A stretch of 64,000 bases of DNA from Stegostoma tigrinum (lineage: Eukaryota). The stretch is from positions 13,602,421-13,666,420 of the forward strand of contig NC_081397.1 in NCBI RefSeq assembly GCF_030684315.1, in the 5' to 3' direction. Shown here in pieces: positions 13,010-25,138 of this stretch. A model generated the notes under the pieces. That model was not told the origin of the DNA, made no database searches, and was given only the letters and a program-made list of their open reading frames with translations. Position 1 is the first letter of the stretch, and every line of letters starts with the position of its first letter. A program made the translations under genes and the position numbers.

Positions 13010-13835
13010 GACTTTGTTGACTTGGTCACTGAGCTGGCTTGTTTTTGTTCAGACGTTTTGCCACCATGCTGGGTGACATCATCAGTGGAGCCTCTGATGA
13101 TGCAATGTTATTCTCCTCTGCTTGGAATTTGCACTGTCAGGTCTGTTATGCTGAGTACTGTCATTTCAATTTTGATCTATATGGGTTTATACATGGGGTC
13201 CAATTCTATGTTTGTGTGGAGAACAATGTCTCTAGGAATTCCTGTACATGTCTATGTTTGGCTTAGGCTGCTATGGTTAATTTATACAACAAAAATAAAA
13301 GGTGCTGGAAAAAGCTCAGGACAGGCAGCATCGGTGAAGGGAAAAACAGAGTTAGCCTTGCGCGTCCAGTAACCTTTCCTCAGAACCAGTTACTGCTGAG
13401 CTGCAGAGCTTTTCGAGCAAGTTTGTTTTTTGTTCCTGATTTACAGCATCCACAGTTCTTTGTTTTTAAATACGGTTACTTTGTCCCATTTTAACTGATG
13501 GCCTTGGTTGTCTCAATGTATCATATTCAGACAATAAAGGCCATCAGGTTAACATGGGACAAAGTAACCATGGTAGCCCAAGCCAAACACAGACACACAG
13601 GAATTCCGATTGGTATGGTTTTCCATGCATACTTCAATCAACAAGATTATAGAATCGGACCCCATATATGAAAACTCAGACAGATCAAAACCAGAAATGA
13701 CAGTAGTCACCATAATGGACCATACAGTATAAATTCCACTGGGAGTGGAATAACATTGACTCATTGGAGGCTCCACTGATGATACCACCGAGCATGGTGA
13801 TGAACTGTATGAAGAAAAGCAAGCCAGCTCAACTA
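13010..13835. mobile_element. Inverted pair of 3' ends of a second PLE family, with a nested short PLE-derived insert at ~13285-13470
   Basis: 13010-13530 (minus the insert) mirrors 13530-13835; degenerate CTGATGA-stem-GAAA cores at ~13051-13085 (-) and ~13776-13810 (+); same family as 38110-38800. Confidence 0.65.
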
Positions 13836-14050
13836 TCCACTATCCGAGCTGCAGATCTCGCAAAACACAATGCTGAAATTTGTTCGAACTGGGCAGGTGT
13901 GCATTGTGAATGGTGGAAAAAAAACAAAACTTCTATTTCCTCTGTGTTGTTGGAACAACTCTCACTGGAAATTGACCTCAATATGTGTCTGACTCAATCT
14001 GCTCTGTGACTGTGGAAAGGATGCTCTCTGCTCTGACAGCGGTAACATAT

Positions 14051-14132
14051 CTTCCATTTGTTAGAAGCAGCTGGTCACACTTGGCTTTGTACCGAGGGAA
14101 TATTACTTTCTCTTCGTCCCTCACGTATTTGC
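14051..14132 (-). pseudogene. 82-nt exon copy of the unidentified repeated gene (KYVRDEEKVIFPRYKAKCDQLLLTNG); donor mutated to AT
   Basis: Polypyrimidine-CAG acceptor, open frame, followed by atatgt instead of gtatgt. Confidence 0.6.
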
Positions 14133-16944
14133 CTGGAGGAAGACAGAAGAAAACCCTCCTGTAAATCAACATCAGCCAAGTTCAATGATATTTCATTGAT
14201 CAATGCAATGTTCAGTTAATAATCATTAGGATATTTAATTTCAAGCCAGGAATCTGAACAGAATTAGGTGTTTGATTCCACTCTTGCTCTGAGCTGCTTC
14301 TTTGTCTTGTGATTTTTCTTTTTGTTAATTCCATACCAATTGAGTGAAGTCCAGGAACAAACTAAGTGTCCAGATCCATGAATGGGAGTACACAAAGTGA
14401 GTGGGTCTGTGGATATGAGTTTATTTGTTGATCTATTCATGTCTGACACATTGGTGAGCCTTTGTTAAATTACTTATGTATTCACACAGCAGAGACTGAC
14501 GGGGACCTGTGAGATTCTGCCCTGTGTTTATTTGAGAAGTTATCAAATTGGACTTGACTGTGATTATTTTTTTCCCCCCGCTTTGTGAATATGAGAATGC
14601 CGTTGTAAGTCTTTACCTGATTGTTGGTGATGTGGGAATGTTCGTGTCAGTGTCTGCAAGGTGAGTATACTTATCCATCTGTGCCAGTTGTTTTCTGCTA
14701 TCTGAATGGAAGAGAGCAGGCTTCAGACTTCGCTTCTCAGTTTCTGCTATGTCAACACGCGAGCTTGGTTTTTCATCTTTACCTGTCAGTTCCGAGCTTT
14801 GCATGTGGGGGTGCAGTTGTTAGCGTAACCTTGAATGTTTCTGCTTGTAAAAATGCAACCATATTCATTCAATCGTAACAGTCATTTTCAGACATGTGAA
14901 TATGAAAATGTAGTTATCCGTCTGTGATTGTCAGTTTCTGTTCTGTAATTATGAGAGTGTGCTTTTCAGTGCGTACCAACCAATTTCTGTTGTATGAATG
15001 AGATTGTCATTATCAATCTGAACCTTGTCAGTGTCTCCCCAGTGAATATTCTTGTGTAATTATCAGGATTATACCTCTAGGTTTCTGCTGTGAATTATTA
15101 ATTAATTAATTAGTTATTACCTTCTGTCCATCAGTTTCCGGTTTCTAATGTGCGAGTGCATCTATCAATTTGTATGTGCCAAATTTTGCAATGTGTATTT
15201 GTGCATACAGTTATCAATCCGCTCCTGTCAGCATCCTCTGTTTATGAGGGTGCGGTCACCAATCTATTCTGTCACTTTTAGCTCAGTGAATTTGAGAGTG
15301 TAGTTACCAATCCATAACTGTCAGGTTCAACTCTGTGAATGTGAGCAGAAAAGGTAATAGTCTAATAGCATTGTTGTTGGACTATTATTCCAGACAGCCA
15401 GATATGATTCTGCGACCGCAGTTCAAGTCCCATCATAGCAGATTATTGTTGAATTAAAATTCAACAATAAACTAAGAGAAAAGTTGAGTGACAATTCTCC
15501 ACAAAAATAAATCAGGTCCTCTCACATCCTTTTGGGAACCAAGTCTCCCATCCTTCCCTGGTCTAGCCTACATGTGATCACAGACGCACAGCAATGTGGT
15601 TGGCACTGAACTGCCTTCTGTGCATAATTAAGGATAGTCTGTGACACACACATCCCATCAATAAATTTTCAAAAAAAAATGTTGGAATGCAGTTATCAAT
15701 CTGTCTCTTCCACTGTTTTGTTGATGTGTTGAAAGTTATCATCCTGTATCTGTCAATTTCTGCAATGCCGTATATAATGGCAGTTACCAATTTTTCTTGC
15801 TTTACAATGTCACCATGAGAGAACTGATCTGTCAGTTTCTGCTAAGAGTGTATTTATCAAATTGTTCCTGTCAGTTTTTGCTTTGTCAATCTGAGTGCAG
15901 TTATTAATCAATACCTGTCAGTTTCTGCAAGGTGAAAGTAAGAGTTCTGTTATGAACATACACCGTCAGATTCTGCTCTCAAAGTATCGAGAGCAGTTAT
16001 CGTGCTGACACCATCAACTTCTGCTCTGTAAATCTGAGCGCGGTTATTCATCTGCAGTTGTCAGTTTCAAGTTTGTGAATGTGAGTAATGAGCATTCTCT
16101 CCCCATGTTTCTTTTAAGTGAACATGAGTTTAGTTATCATTCTGTCCTTGTGGAGGCTCGGGAACTTGGGGAAATAAATATGGATGTCTTGAAAACAGTC
16201 CACATGACATAACAGGTGGTGTCAGAGGCAGGAAAAAAAACCCAAAAAGGTGGCCGAATCACCAGGACCCAGTCAGGTTTTTGTAGATTTTCAGGATATC
16301 GGGATTTTGGGGGAAGCTATATTGATAATTTGAACAAATGACATTGTTCTCTTGCTTTCTTGTAACATTTTGCAGGAAGGATTATCCCATCCTTGTCACA
16401 TATTGCAATACAAATGTGTGGCTATGGTTATCAAATCTGTACACTCAGTTTTTGTCATGTGAATGAGAGGGTGCAGTTATAAATCTCAGTTTCTGCAATG
16501 ATAATGGAAGTGCAATTATCAGTCTCTGTCAGTTTCTGCTGTATCCATAGATGGGTTTAGTTATTATCAGTACATGTCAGTTTCCGTCACATCAATGTGT
16601 GAGTGTTATCAACCTGCCCCTGACAGTTACTGTAATGCAGGTGGGTGACTGTAGTTATTAAGCTGTAGCTCTCTGTTACTGCCATGTGAATGAGTGTAGT
16701 TGTGCACCTACACATCAGTTGCTGGTGGTCAATGCATGAGTGTAGTTGTCACTTCTATACCTGTTTTGTATTTGCTTGTCAATCTGAGTTTAGTAATCGA
16801 TCAGTTATTGTCAGATTCTGCTGTGAAAATCTGATAGTTATCAAACTGTACCTGTCAGTTTAAACAAATATGAAACTGGGAGTTTTATTATTAATCTGAT
16901 TCTGTCAGTTTTTGCTGTGTGGATATGATAGATTTGTTATCAAA

Positions 16945-18378
16945 AGTTCAGGAATAGTGCCAGATGACTGGAGGGTAGCAAATGTGGTTTCCCTGTTCAA
17001 GAAGGGGAGTAGAGACAACCCTGGTAATTATAGACCAGTGAGCCTTACCACAGTTGTTGGTAAAGTGTTGGAAAAGGTTATAAGGGATCGGATTTATACT
17101 CAAAAGCATAAATTGATTTGGGATAGTCAGCATGGTTTTGGGAAGGGAAGGTAGTGCCTCACAAACATGGAGTTCTTTGAGGAGGTGACCAAACAGGTAG
17201 ATGAGAGTAAACCGGTTGATGTGGTGTTTATCGATTTCAGCAAGGCGTTCGATAAGGTTCCCCACAAGAGGCTGTTGTACAAAATGCGGAGGAATGGAAC
17301 TGTGCGAGATATAGCAGTTTGGATCGGAAATTGGCTTGCTGAAAGAAGACAGAGGGTGGTAGTTGATGGGAAATGTTCATCCTGGAGAGCAGTTACTAGT
17401 GGTGTACGCAAGGGTCAGTGTTGGGTCCACTGCTGCTTGGAATTTTTATAAATGACCTGGATGAGGGCGTAGAAGGATGGGTTAGTATGTTTGCAGACGA
17501 CACCAAAGGTCAGTGGAGTTGTGGATAGTGACGAAGGATGCTGTAGGTTGCAGAGTGTCATCGATAAGCTGCAGAGCTGGGCTGAGAGATGGCAAATGGA
17601 TTTTAATGCAGACAAGTATGAGGTGATGCACTTTGGTAAGAGTAACCAGAAGGCAAAGTACAGGGCTAATGGTAAAATTCTTAGTAGCGGAGATGAGCAG
17701 AGAGATCTCTGTGTCCATGTACACAGATCCTTGAAAGTTGCCACCCAGGTTGACAGGGGTGTTAAGGCGGCATACAGTGTTTTAGCTTTTATTAATCGAG
17801 TTCCGGAACTAAGAGGTTATGATGAAGCTGTACAAAACTCTGGTGCAGCTGCACTTGGAGTATTGTATACAGTTCTGGTCACCACATTATAAAAAGGATG
17901 TGGAAGCTTTGGAAATGATGCAGAGGAGATTTACTAGGATGTTGCCTGATATGGAGGGAAGGTCTTGAGGAAAGGCTGAGGGACTTGAGGCTGTTTTCAT
18001 TACAGAGAAGAAGGTGGAGAGGTGACTTAATTGAAACATATAAAATAATCAGAGGGTTAGATGGGGTGGATAGGGAGAGCCTTTTTCCTAGGATGGCGAC
18101 GGTGAGCACGAGGGGGCATAGCTTTAAATTGAGGAGTGAAAGATATAGGACAAATGTCTGAGGTAATTTCTTGACTCAGTAGTAAGGGAATGGAACGTTT
18201 TGCCTGCAACGGTAGTAGATTCACCAACTTTGGGTACATTGAAGGAGTCATTGGATAAGTATATGGACGTACATGGAATAGTGTAGGTTAGATGGGCTTG
18301 AGATCGGTATGACAGGTCGGCACAACATCGAGGGCCAAAGGGCCTGTACTGTGCTGTAATGTTCTCTGTTCTATGTTT
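16945..18378 (+). mobile_element. CR1-type LINE, 5'-truncated RT plus 3' UTR
   Basis: VPDDWRVANV, GNYRPVSLT, QHGF, DFSKAFDKVPH and FADD motifs with frameshifts; ends in a tgttct-type tail. Confidence 0.92.
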
Positions 18379-19984
18379 TGTCAGTAACTACCATGTGAAT
18401 GTCCGAGTCCATTTACCGGTCAGTCCCTGTCAGTTTCAGCTGTGTGTCTGAGCGTCCAGTTATAAATCTGTAACTAGTAGTCTCTGTTACATGACTATTT
18501 CCGGACATTTATCAATCGTTCCCTATCAGCCAGTGAGTGTGCAGTGAATGTGCTTAGCAATTTGGATTTGCCAGTCCTGGTATTGAAATATAAATAATTT
18601 CTCCTTGTCAGTTTCTGCTCGGTGTGTTAATGAGTGGAGTTAGAAATCTGTACCTATAATGTTTATACCACATGAATAAGAGTACAGATGTCAATCTTTC
18701 TCTGTTTCTGCTCTGTGAATATCGTAGTACAGTTATCAATCTGTACATGCCAGCTGCTGCTTTGTGAACCTCAGAGTTTAGTTATCAGCCCAAGCCTGTC
18801 AGTTTCTGCTTTAAGAACGTAGGAGTGCAGTTATCAGCCTGTACCTGTCAGTTATTGCTCCATGCATTTGTTTTGTGCAATGGATTGTGTAATGTAAAAG
18901 CAAAAAGGTTTTGTAACTCCAAGGGAGCAGAGTCTAACTATCAGAAATTGTATCAAGGGCTGTTCTTCAAGGTGACATCAGCTTTTCTGTGTACACAGGA
19001 ACAGAATTTTGTTAATAATGCTGAGGGAATAGATTGATGTGGCATTCCTTTCTTTGAGTCTAAAGGAAAAGGGCAATGAACAAATCAACTGTATTCAGCT
19101 GAATGACCACGAGGTTCCTTCTACAGGAAAGGGTATCGGCTAATTCACTGAATTATACTACCGTGGATATTACAGAACCCTGCTCTGTTGTGCAATGGCA
19201 CATGGCATCAGCAATACACTGACAATGCGCTGTCGTGGGGATGAAGAAAGAAAAAGGACTTGTATTTTCTGTCTTACAGTGGAGAAGATTTAACCTTATT
19301 GAATATGGTCAAACTGTGAGAAAGTAAAATTTGACAATTACAAGATTTAGTTAAATGGATCATTCTTCGTTGCTTTAAATGATGATTACATCACTAACGT
19401 GAAGAAACAGCATTCTGTTTTCTTGCGTGTTTCTGGAATATTTCATTGGGAGGGACAAGTGACACTAGAAAACTGTTTAACTTAGTTGCCAAATTCACTT
19501 CAATGCTTCACCCCACCCAAAAAAAAGAAATTTTGCAAGACAGACAGAAAATATGGTTTCTATTCCTGAAGGTGAACACATCGAGAATCACGTTGTGATA
19601 AGGTTGGGGTTGGCAAATCGTATACTGCCATGGCACACTTATTGAAATGGAATGCTGGCTGAACGGGATCAGAATTGTCAGGTGCTTGTTTTTGTCTACT
19701 ATCAACCCCATGGGCTGAAAGGTATTTTTTTTCTGTCTGGTAGACTCTCTTGCTTTTCTTAAAACAGAGCTGTAAACATTTTCTATGTATTTGCTTCTGT
19801 TACCTGCAGTGTGTATGACAACAATGTATACCCAGTCTTTGTATGTTATGTGTTGATACAATGAGCATATTTGGGACTCAGTCAGCAGCTTTGTCTATGT
19901 GTCTGCATGTGCTCAGTAGTGATGTGCTACTTGTCAGACGTGGTTGTTCAAACTATGTAACATGATGTCTTCCTTTGAGAGGGT

Positions 19985-21765
19985 AACAAGGTGTAGAGCT
20001 GGATGAACACAGCAGGTCAGGCAGCAGAGGAGCAGGCGAGCTGACATTTTTGGACCGAACACTTTTGTCAGAAATGTGGGAAGAGAAAGGGACTCTGCAA
20101 TAAATAGAGAGAAGTGAGGAGATGATGACGAAAGGTGGATAAAGGACCAGATAGGTGGAGAGAAGATGGCCAGTCAAGGAGGCAGGGCTGGAGCCAGTAA
20201 CGTTAAGTGTAGGAGGGAGGTCAGATGTGGGTTGAGGGAAGGCTGACAGGTCAAGGAGGCAGGGCTAAGGTTAGTAGGCCGAAGTGCCAGTGGGGGTTGA
20301 TCAGTGAGGTGGGAGAAGCAGATTGGTTGGAGAAAAGATGGACAGGTCAAGGAGGCAGGGATGGGTTTGGGGTGGAGAGATTTTGACGCCCTCGTTGAGA
20401 ACATTGTGCTGCAGGGCTCCCAAGTGAAATATGAGCTGCTGCTCGTGCATCCTTCTGGTGGCAACGTTGTGGCACTGGAGGCGGCCTGGGATGGACATGT
20501 TGTCCAACGAGTGGGAGGGGGTGTTGAAGTGGTTCATGACTGGGGAGGTGCAGTCGTTTGTCACGATGTGAGCGTAGGTGTTCAAAGTGGTTTCCAAGCC
20601 TCCGCTTGGTTTCCCCAATGTAGAGGGGGCCACATCGGGAACAGTGGACACAACACAATGTATTACTGGACATACAGATGAACATCTGTTTAACATGGAA
20701 GGTTTTCTTGGGACCTGGGATGGAGATAAGGGGAGAGAGATATTGGGGCAGGTGTAGCGCTTTCTGTGGTTCCAGTGAAATGTGCCAGGTGCGGTGGGGC
20801 TATGGGGAGTGTGAAGTGGACGAGGGAGTCAGAGAGAGAAGTCCCTCTGGAAGGTTGATAGGGTTGGGGAGGGAAAAGTGTCCTTGGGAGTGGGGTGAGA
20901 TTGAAGGTGGCAGAAGTGGCGGAGGAAGATGCGTTGAATCCTGAGTTTGTTGGAGTGATACGTGATGACAAAGGAGATTCTGTCTTTTTTGTTATTGTGA
21001 AGAGGGTGTGGAAGAGACAAGTTGCAGAAATGAGAGCGATGAGGTCAAGGGCATATTCAGCCACTGTGGAGTGGAAATGCAGTCCTTGAAAAACAAGGAC
21101 GTCTGCAATGACCGGGATTGGAATGCCTCATCTCGGGAGCAGATGAAACAGAGGAAGGAATTGGGAATAGGGGATGGCATTCTTGCCGGAAGGTAGGGGA
21201 GGGGAGGTGTATTCTAGGTAGCTGTGGCAGTCGGTTGGCTTGAATTAGTTACCAGTTTCCAGAAATGCAAACAAACAGAGTTGTCCAGGAAGGAGAGAGA
21301 TGTACTTAAGATGGTCCAGGTGAAGTTAAACTTGGGGTGGAAGCTGTTAGTAAAGTGGATGAACTGTGAGTTCCTTGAGGAAGTACGAGGTGGCACCGAT
21401 ACAGTCATCGAAATAACAGAGGAAGAGGTGGGGGTGGGGCCAGTGTAGCTGCAGAAGAGGGGCTGGTCCATGTATCCTACAAGAGGCAGGAATAGCTTGG
21501 GCCCATGCGGGTACCTGTGGCCACCCAATTTGACTGCAGAAAGTGGGAGCGTGAGAGACAGTGTGCATCAACGGGGCAGTCGGGTTTGTGGATTTTGGGG
21601 ATAAGGCAGAAACAGTTAACATGGCGTTGGGGAAAGATGAGGTCAGAGGCTGTTGGCAGGAGAGTACCTGAGGTGCTGAGGTTGTGGATGGTCTGGGAGA
21701 TGATATTGTTTTGGCGATTGGGGCAGGGTCATGATCAAAGGGGTGGTAGGAGGAGTCTCTCTCTA
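19985..21765 (-). mobile_element. Decayed Penelope-like element (RT and GIY-YIG remnants)
   Basis: FLCYFDDCIG (YxDD), VITYH, CSRCGPLYIGETKRRLGNHFEH; degenerate hammerhead terminal repeat at ~19985-20072. Confidence 0.88.
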
Positions 21766-22082
21766 TCCGGTTTGAGATATTATAAAATACCTTTCCTAAA
21801 TGCAAACTTGATTCAGTTCCTGTTTTCAGTACTTTCAAGAAGGAGTCAGCTGTTAACATTTCAAACATGATGTGAATGTTAAGGGGCTACAAATGATATT
21901 AATTGGAACGAGCATAATGTCAATTGACAATGAAAACAAAAAAAATAAACTTGCCTTTCCTCAGTTGTGCTTGGTTAGTTGTTTCCTTGGACAAGTCTCT
22001 GGAAATTGAGCTCAAAACAAGTCTGATCCAATCCACTCTGACTCTGGAAAAGATATTCTCCATTCTGATCGCAGGAACATGC

Positions 22083-22154
22083 CTGGTGTTAGTTAGAAGC
22101 AACTGCTCACACTTGGCTTTGTAACAAGGAAATATTGTTTCTTCGAGTATTTTC
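22083..22154 (-). pseudogene. Degenerate copy of the 82-nt exon (72 nt, GC donor)
   Basis: Retains FPCYKAKCEQLLLTNT; 10 nt shorter than the other copies. Confidence 0.6.
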
Positions 22155-22917
22155 CTGGAGGAAGACAGAAGAGTTCTCCTGTAAATCAACATCAGCCCAA
22201 TTTGACAATATCAATCAGATTAACATATATTCAGTGAACAGTTATTAGGGTGTTTCGTTTCTTGAACTTCAACTCCCAAAGCAACAGAACTCCAAAATAA
22301 GCCTGTTGGACCACAGCATAGAATTCTCTTGACACAGTCTTTTCTTTAAAGGGCATCAATTCAAACACAAGTCTGATTCCATTCTTACATCGAGCTGCTC
22401 CTTGTCTGAGGAATTTTTTTTCAAATATTTCATTCGATAGCAACGGAGTGAGATTCAGAAACTGAGCAATAATTGCAAAGCTCCATCTGAGGTGCGACCT
22501 GAAGATGCTACACTGTTGACACAGCTCATGTTACCAGATCCCAACACACTGTTGAAAAGAACAGCAGCCGCTGTTTCAAATGTGTTTTTCCCCCCCGAGA
22601 CGTATAATCTGTTAACTCCAATCTACGTCCTTTATCGGAAGCCCCACAACTGGCAACTAACAGCGTGAAACAGCAGCCAAACAATGAATTTCCATCAGTG
22701 TTTAGAAGACTAAAAGCTACAAGACTGATCCCCAGCAGCAGCTTCTTGGCGCTGTGTCTCCCTCAGCAGGCCCACACACAGCCCGAGAAAGGCCTCTCTC
22801 TCCCCGCCCCCAAGCCGCTCACTCCAAGTTCCGGGACCAGTTCCTGCTCCCCTCCGCCTCTTACCAACAGCCCCCGGTTCTCCCTGAACTGAGCCGCCCT
22901 CTGTGTCCCAGACTCAC

Positions 22918-23066
22918 ATCTCGATGCGCTGCTGGAAGGAGCCCGCTGTTCCCTCGCTTCCCTGGGCGCTGGTCACTCCATTGCGGCCTGTTTCAAACAA
23001 ACCACTTCCACTCACTGAGTCAACACTCGTCAATGCCAGCGCTGGGGGAGGGTCTCACGCATGCGC
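22918..23066 (-). pseudogene. Promoter plus exon 1 of the unidentified gene, copy A (ATG 22981, codon 3 is TGA)
   Basis: GCGCATGCGT 23057-23066, TTTGAA 22992-22997, 64-nt exon 22918-22981, GTGAGT donor; ATG GAG TGA. Confidence 0.6.
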
Positions 23067-23710
23067 TCCTTTCATCGGCTGCCGGCGTCTTGGTGGTTTG
23101 GGAGTAAGGAACACCCCTGCGCTGCTAACACCAATTTGTTTCAAACCGAGCTTGCCCACAGCGCGGACAGGACACGGGATCATTGCCTGATCCATTTGTG
23201 ACAAGCAGGAGGGAAGCGCGTGGTTTGATACAGCCCAGGCAAACTGATCAACCAGCCGTGTAACCGTGGTTAATCAATCTTATCAAACACGCCGAATTAA
23301 ACATCTTCAAAGCGATTAATTGCAAAATCCCTTTTTTTCGGGACATGTTTATTTCTCCCAGATTGTAAGCATTCCGAACACAATTTGTAATTACTGCCTG
23401 AAATGTCTTTCGCAGGTAAATGGGAGGAATACACCATTAAAACATCGCCAGAGGTCCTAACATCAAAATTAAACAAATTAACATTCCTGGAAGGGTTAAT
23501 GAGATGCATGTACTGCATTATGTAAGATTTGTGTCTGGGCAGAATTACAAGTCGCGGTATGAAATAGCCAGATGCAGTTCCAGTGACCCTCCCCATGTGA
23601 TACCATCCCCATTCTCAGTCTCTGCTCTCGGAAATGTGATATTTAAGTTACTCGAATCAATTCAAGTTTATGCTGTGTCTGCACTCGGAACCGGGACAGG
23701 GATCATTTGA

Positions 23711-23893
23711 GAGATAGACGGAATTACAGATGCTGGACAATCTGTAATAACAAGGGGTAGAGTCGGATGGACAGAGCAAGCCGAGCAGCACCAGAGAAGC
23801 AGGAAGAAGGATCTGGGCCCGAAACGTCAGCTTTCCTGCTCCTCTGATGCTGCTTGGCCTGTTATGGTCATCCAGCTCTGCACCATGTTAGTT
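23711..23893. mobile_element. Short inverted PLE-derived insertion with 14-bp TSD
   Basis: cagggatcatttga 23697-23710 / cagggatcattcga 23894-23907; the site is single-copy at 3600-3613 and 49371-49384. Confidence 0.8.
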
Positions 23894-23940
23894 CAGGGAT
23901 CATTCGATCCGGGCTCAGCTCTTTGCTGAGAGATGTGGGC

Positions 23941-23956
23941 GGCTCTGAGAAGAGCC
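23941..23956 (-). terminator. Histone stem-loop of H1 copy 2
   Basis: Reverse complement GGCTCTTCTCAGAGCC. Confidence 0.95.
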
Positions 23957-23992
23957 TTTGGGTTCAGGTTGTTACATGTTACATGGACTGCT

Positions 23993-24631
23993 TCATTTCT
24001 TTGCTGCTTTCTTGGTCACTTTCGCTTTGGGCTTGGCCTTCGGTTTCCTCGATTTCGGGGCCGGCTTTGCGGCCTTGGGACTCTTGGTCTTTATCACCTT
24101 CTTCACGGGAGTCTTTTTCTTCGGCGCTGCTTTCTTCGCCGCTTTCTTTGGCGTTGCTGCCTTCTTGCCGCCCGCTTTCTTGCCTGTTGCTTTCTTGGCT
24201 GGGGATTTCTTCGCTGCCACCTTCTTGGCCGTTGTTTTCTTCACGGCTGCTTTCTTGGCGGCTGCTGCTGGTCTCGCCTTCTTTCCCACTTTTGCCTTGA
24301 CTGGATTCTTTGCGAGTTTGAAGGAGCCGGAGACGCCCTGGCCCTTCACCAGAACCAGGGAGCCTTTCGCCAGGCACCTCTTGGTAGCCATCCTGATCTG
24401 TGCATTTTGCTTCTCCACATTGACCCCGCTTCTCTGCAGCGCCTTCTTTATAGCGACCAGAGACGTCCCCCTCCGATCGCTGTTCTCCCCGACAATCTTC
24501 ACAATCCGCTCGCCCAACCCGGGACCGGCTGGTTTCTTCCTGGGAGCCGCCGCCGCCTTCTTCTTGGGAGACTTGGGTTTGGTGCTGGCGGAGGCTGGAG
24601 GAGCCGTTTCGGCGGCTGCACTGTCGCTCAT
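23993..24631 (-). CDS. Histone H1 (212 aa), copy 2
   Basis: Near-identical to 2892-3515 with a 5-aa tail insertion (ATGKK) and a few substitutions. Confidence 0.97.
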   Translation of the reverse strand: MSDSAAAETAPPASASTKPKSPKKKAAAAPRKKPAGPGLGERIVKIVGENSDRRGTSLVAIKKALQRSGVNVEKQNAQIRMATKRCLAKGSLVLVKGQGVSGSFKLAKNPVKAKVGKKARPAAAAKKAAVKKTTAKKVAAKKSPAKKATGKKAGGKKAATPKKAAKKAAPKKKTPVKKVIKTKSPKAAKPAPKSRKPKAKPKAKVTKKAAKK

Positions 24632-24777
24632 GTCGGGAACTCTGCGCTGAATCTCTCTCTGTCAAACTGAACTGGGTCAGCAATGAAGCTGCTGGTGGCG
24701 GCACTGAGCAACTTAAAGGCAGCGAGCGGACGGCGCGGAGACAACCTGCCCTCAGCTCCCTGCTCCTGCTGCCTGGC

Positions 24778-25138
24778 TGTGTTTCTCTCTCGGCACAAAC
24801 TCTCCAATTCCTCTGCAATTCCGCATCTCCAGAGAGGTAGGCTCGATCGTTCCTGACCCTGACACGGGAAGGTTTGCGGCTGAAAGGTTTTCACTCGAAT
24901 TGACGGCTCCGTTGTCGATTTTACCGCATTTTGCTGCTGCACTGATCGCGCTGTCTGAGCTGAGCGCTGGCATTATCATCACTTTTAGACTGAAATCTTG
25001 AAATCAACAAATATATTGCCTTGAATTCTATCTTTAAGGTTTAGTGGAGGAGCAGGGGGATGATTTGAAATGAAAATCTTTTTGATTTGCACAAGAGAGA
25101 CGTGGAAATATCATGATATGAGCGGACACACAAGCACA
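24778..25138 (-). promoter_or_regulatory. H1 copy 2 AC box (24778-24784) and TG box TGTGCTT (25132-25138)
   Basis: Motifs read directly; same spacing as copy 1. Confidence 0.65.

Larger units (their letters stand above)
11985..18860. repeat. Diverged 47-49 bp tandem repeat, consensus approx. AGTTATCAATCTGTACCTGTCAGTTTCTGCTGTGTGAATATGAGAGTGT, interrupted by TEs
   Basis: Recurring gttatc...ctgtcagtttctg, e.g. gttatc at 18732, 18781, 18830 (49-bp spacing). Confidence 0.85.

Noticed and set aside
14400-16940. CRISPR array or zinc-finger coding interpretation of the 47-49 bp repeat
   Set aside because: Eukaryotic context, no cas genes, no unique spacers, variable unit length and no 84-bp periodicity
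16945-21765. Intact autonomous retroelement
   Set aside because: All CR1, Rex and PLE copies are truncated or frameshifted
22665-23190. Thrice-repeated ORFs such as MKQQPNNEFPSV and MSQTHISMRCWK
   Set aside because: They are antisense to the promoter/exon 1 block; the ATG context, donor and promoter motifs are on the other strand, and frames differ among copies
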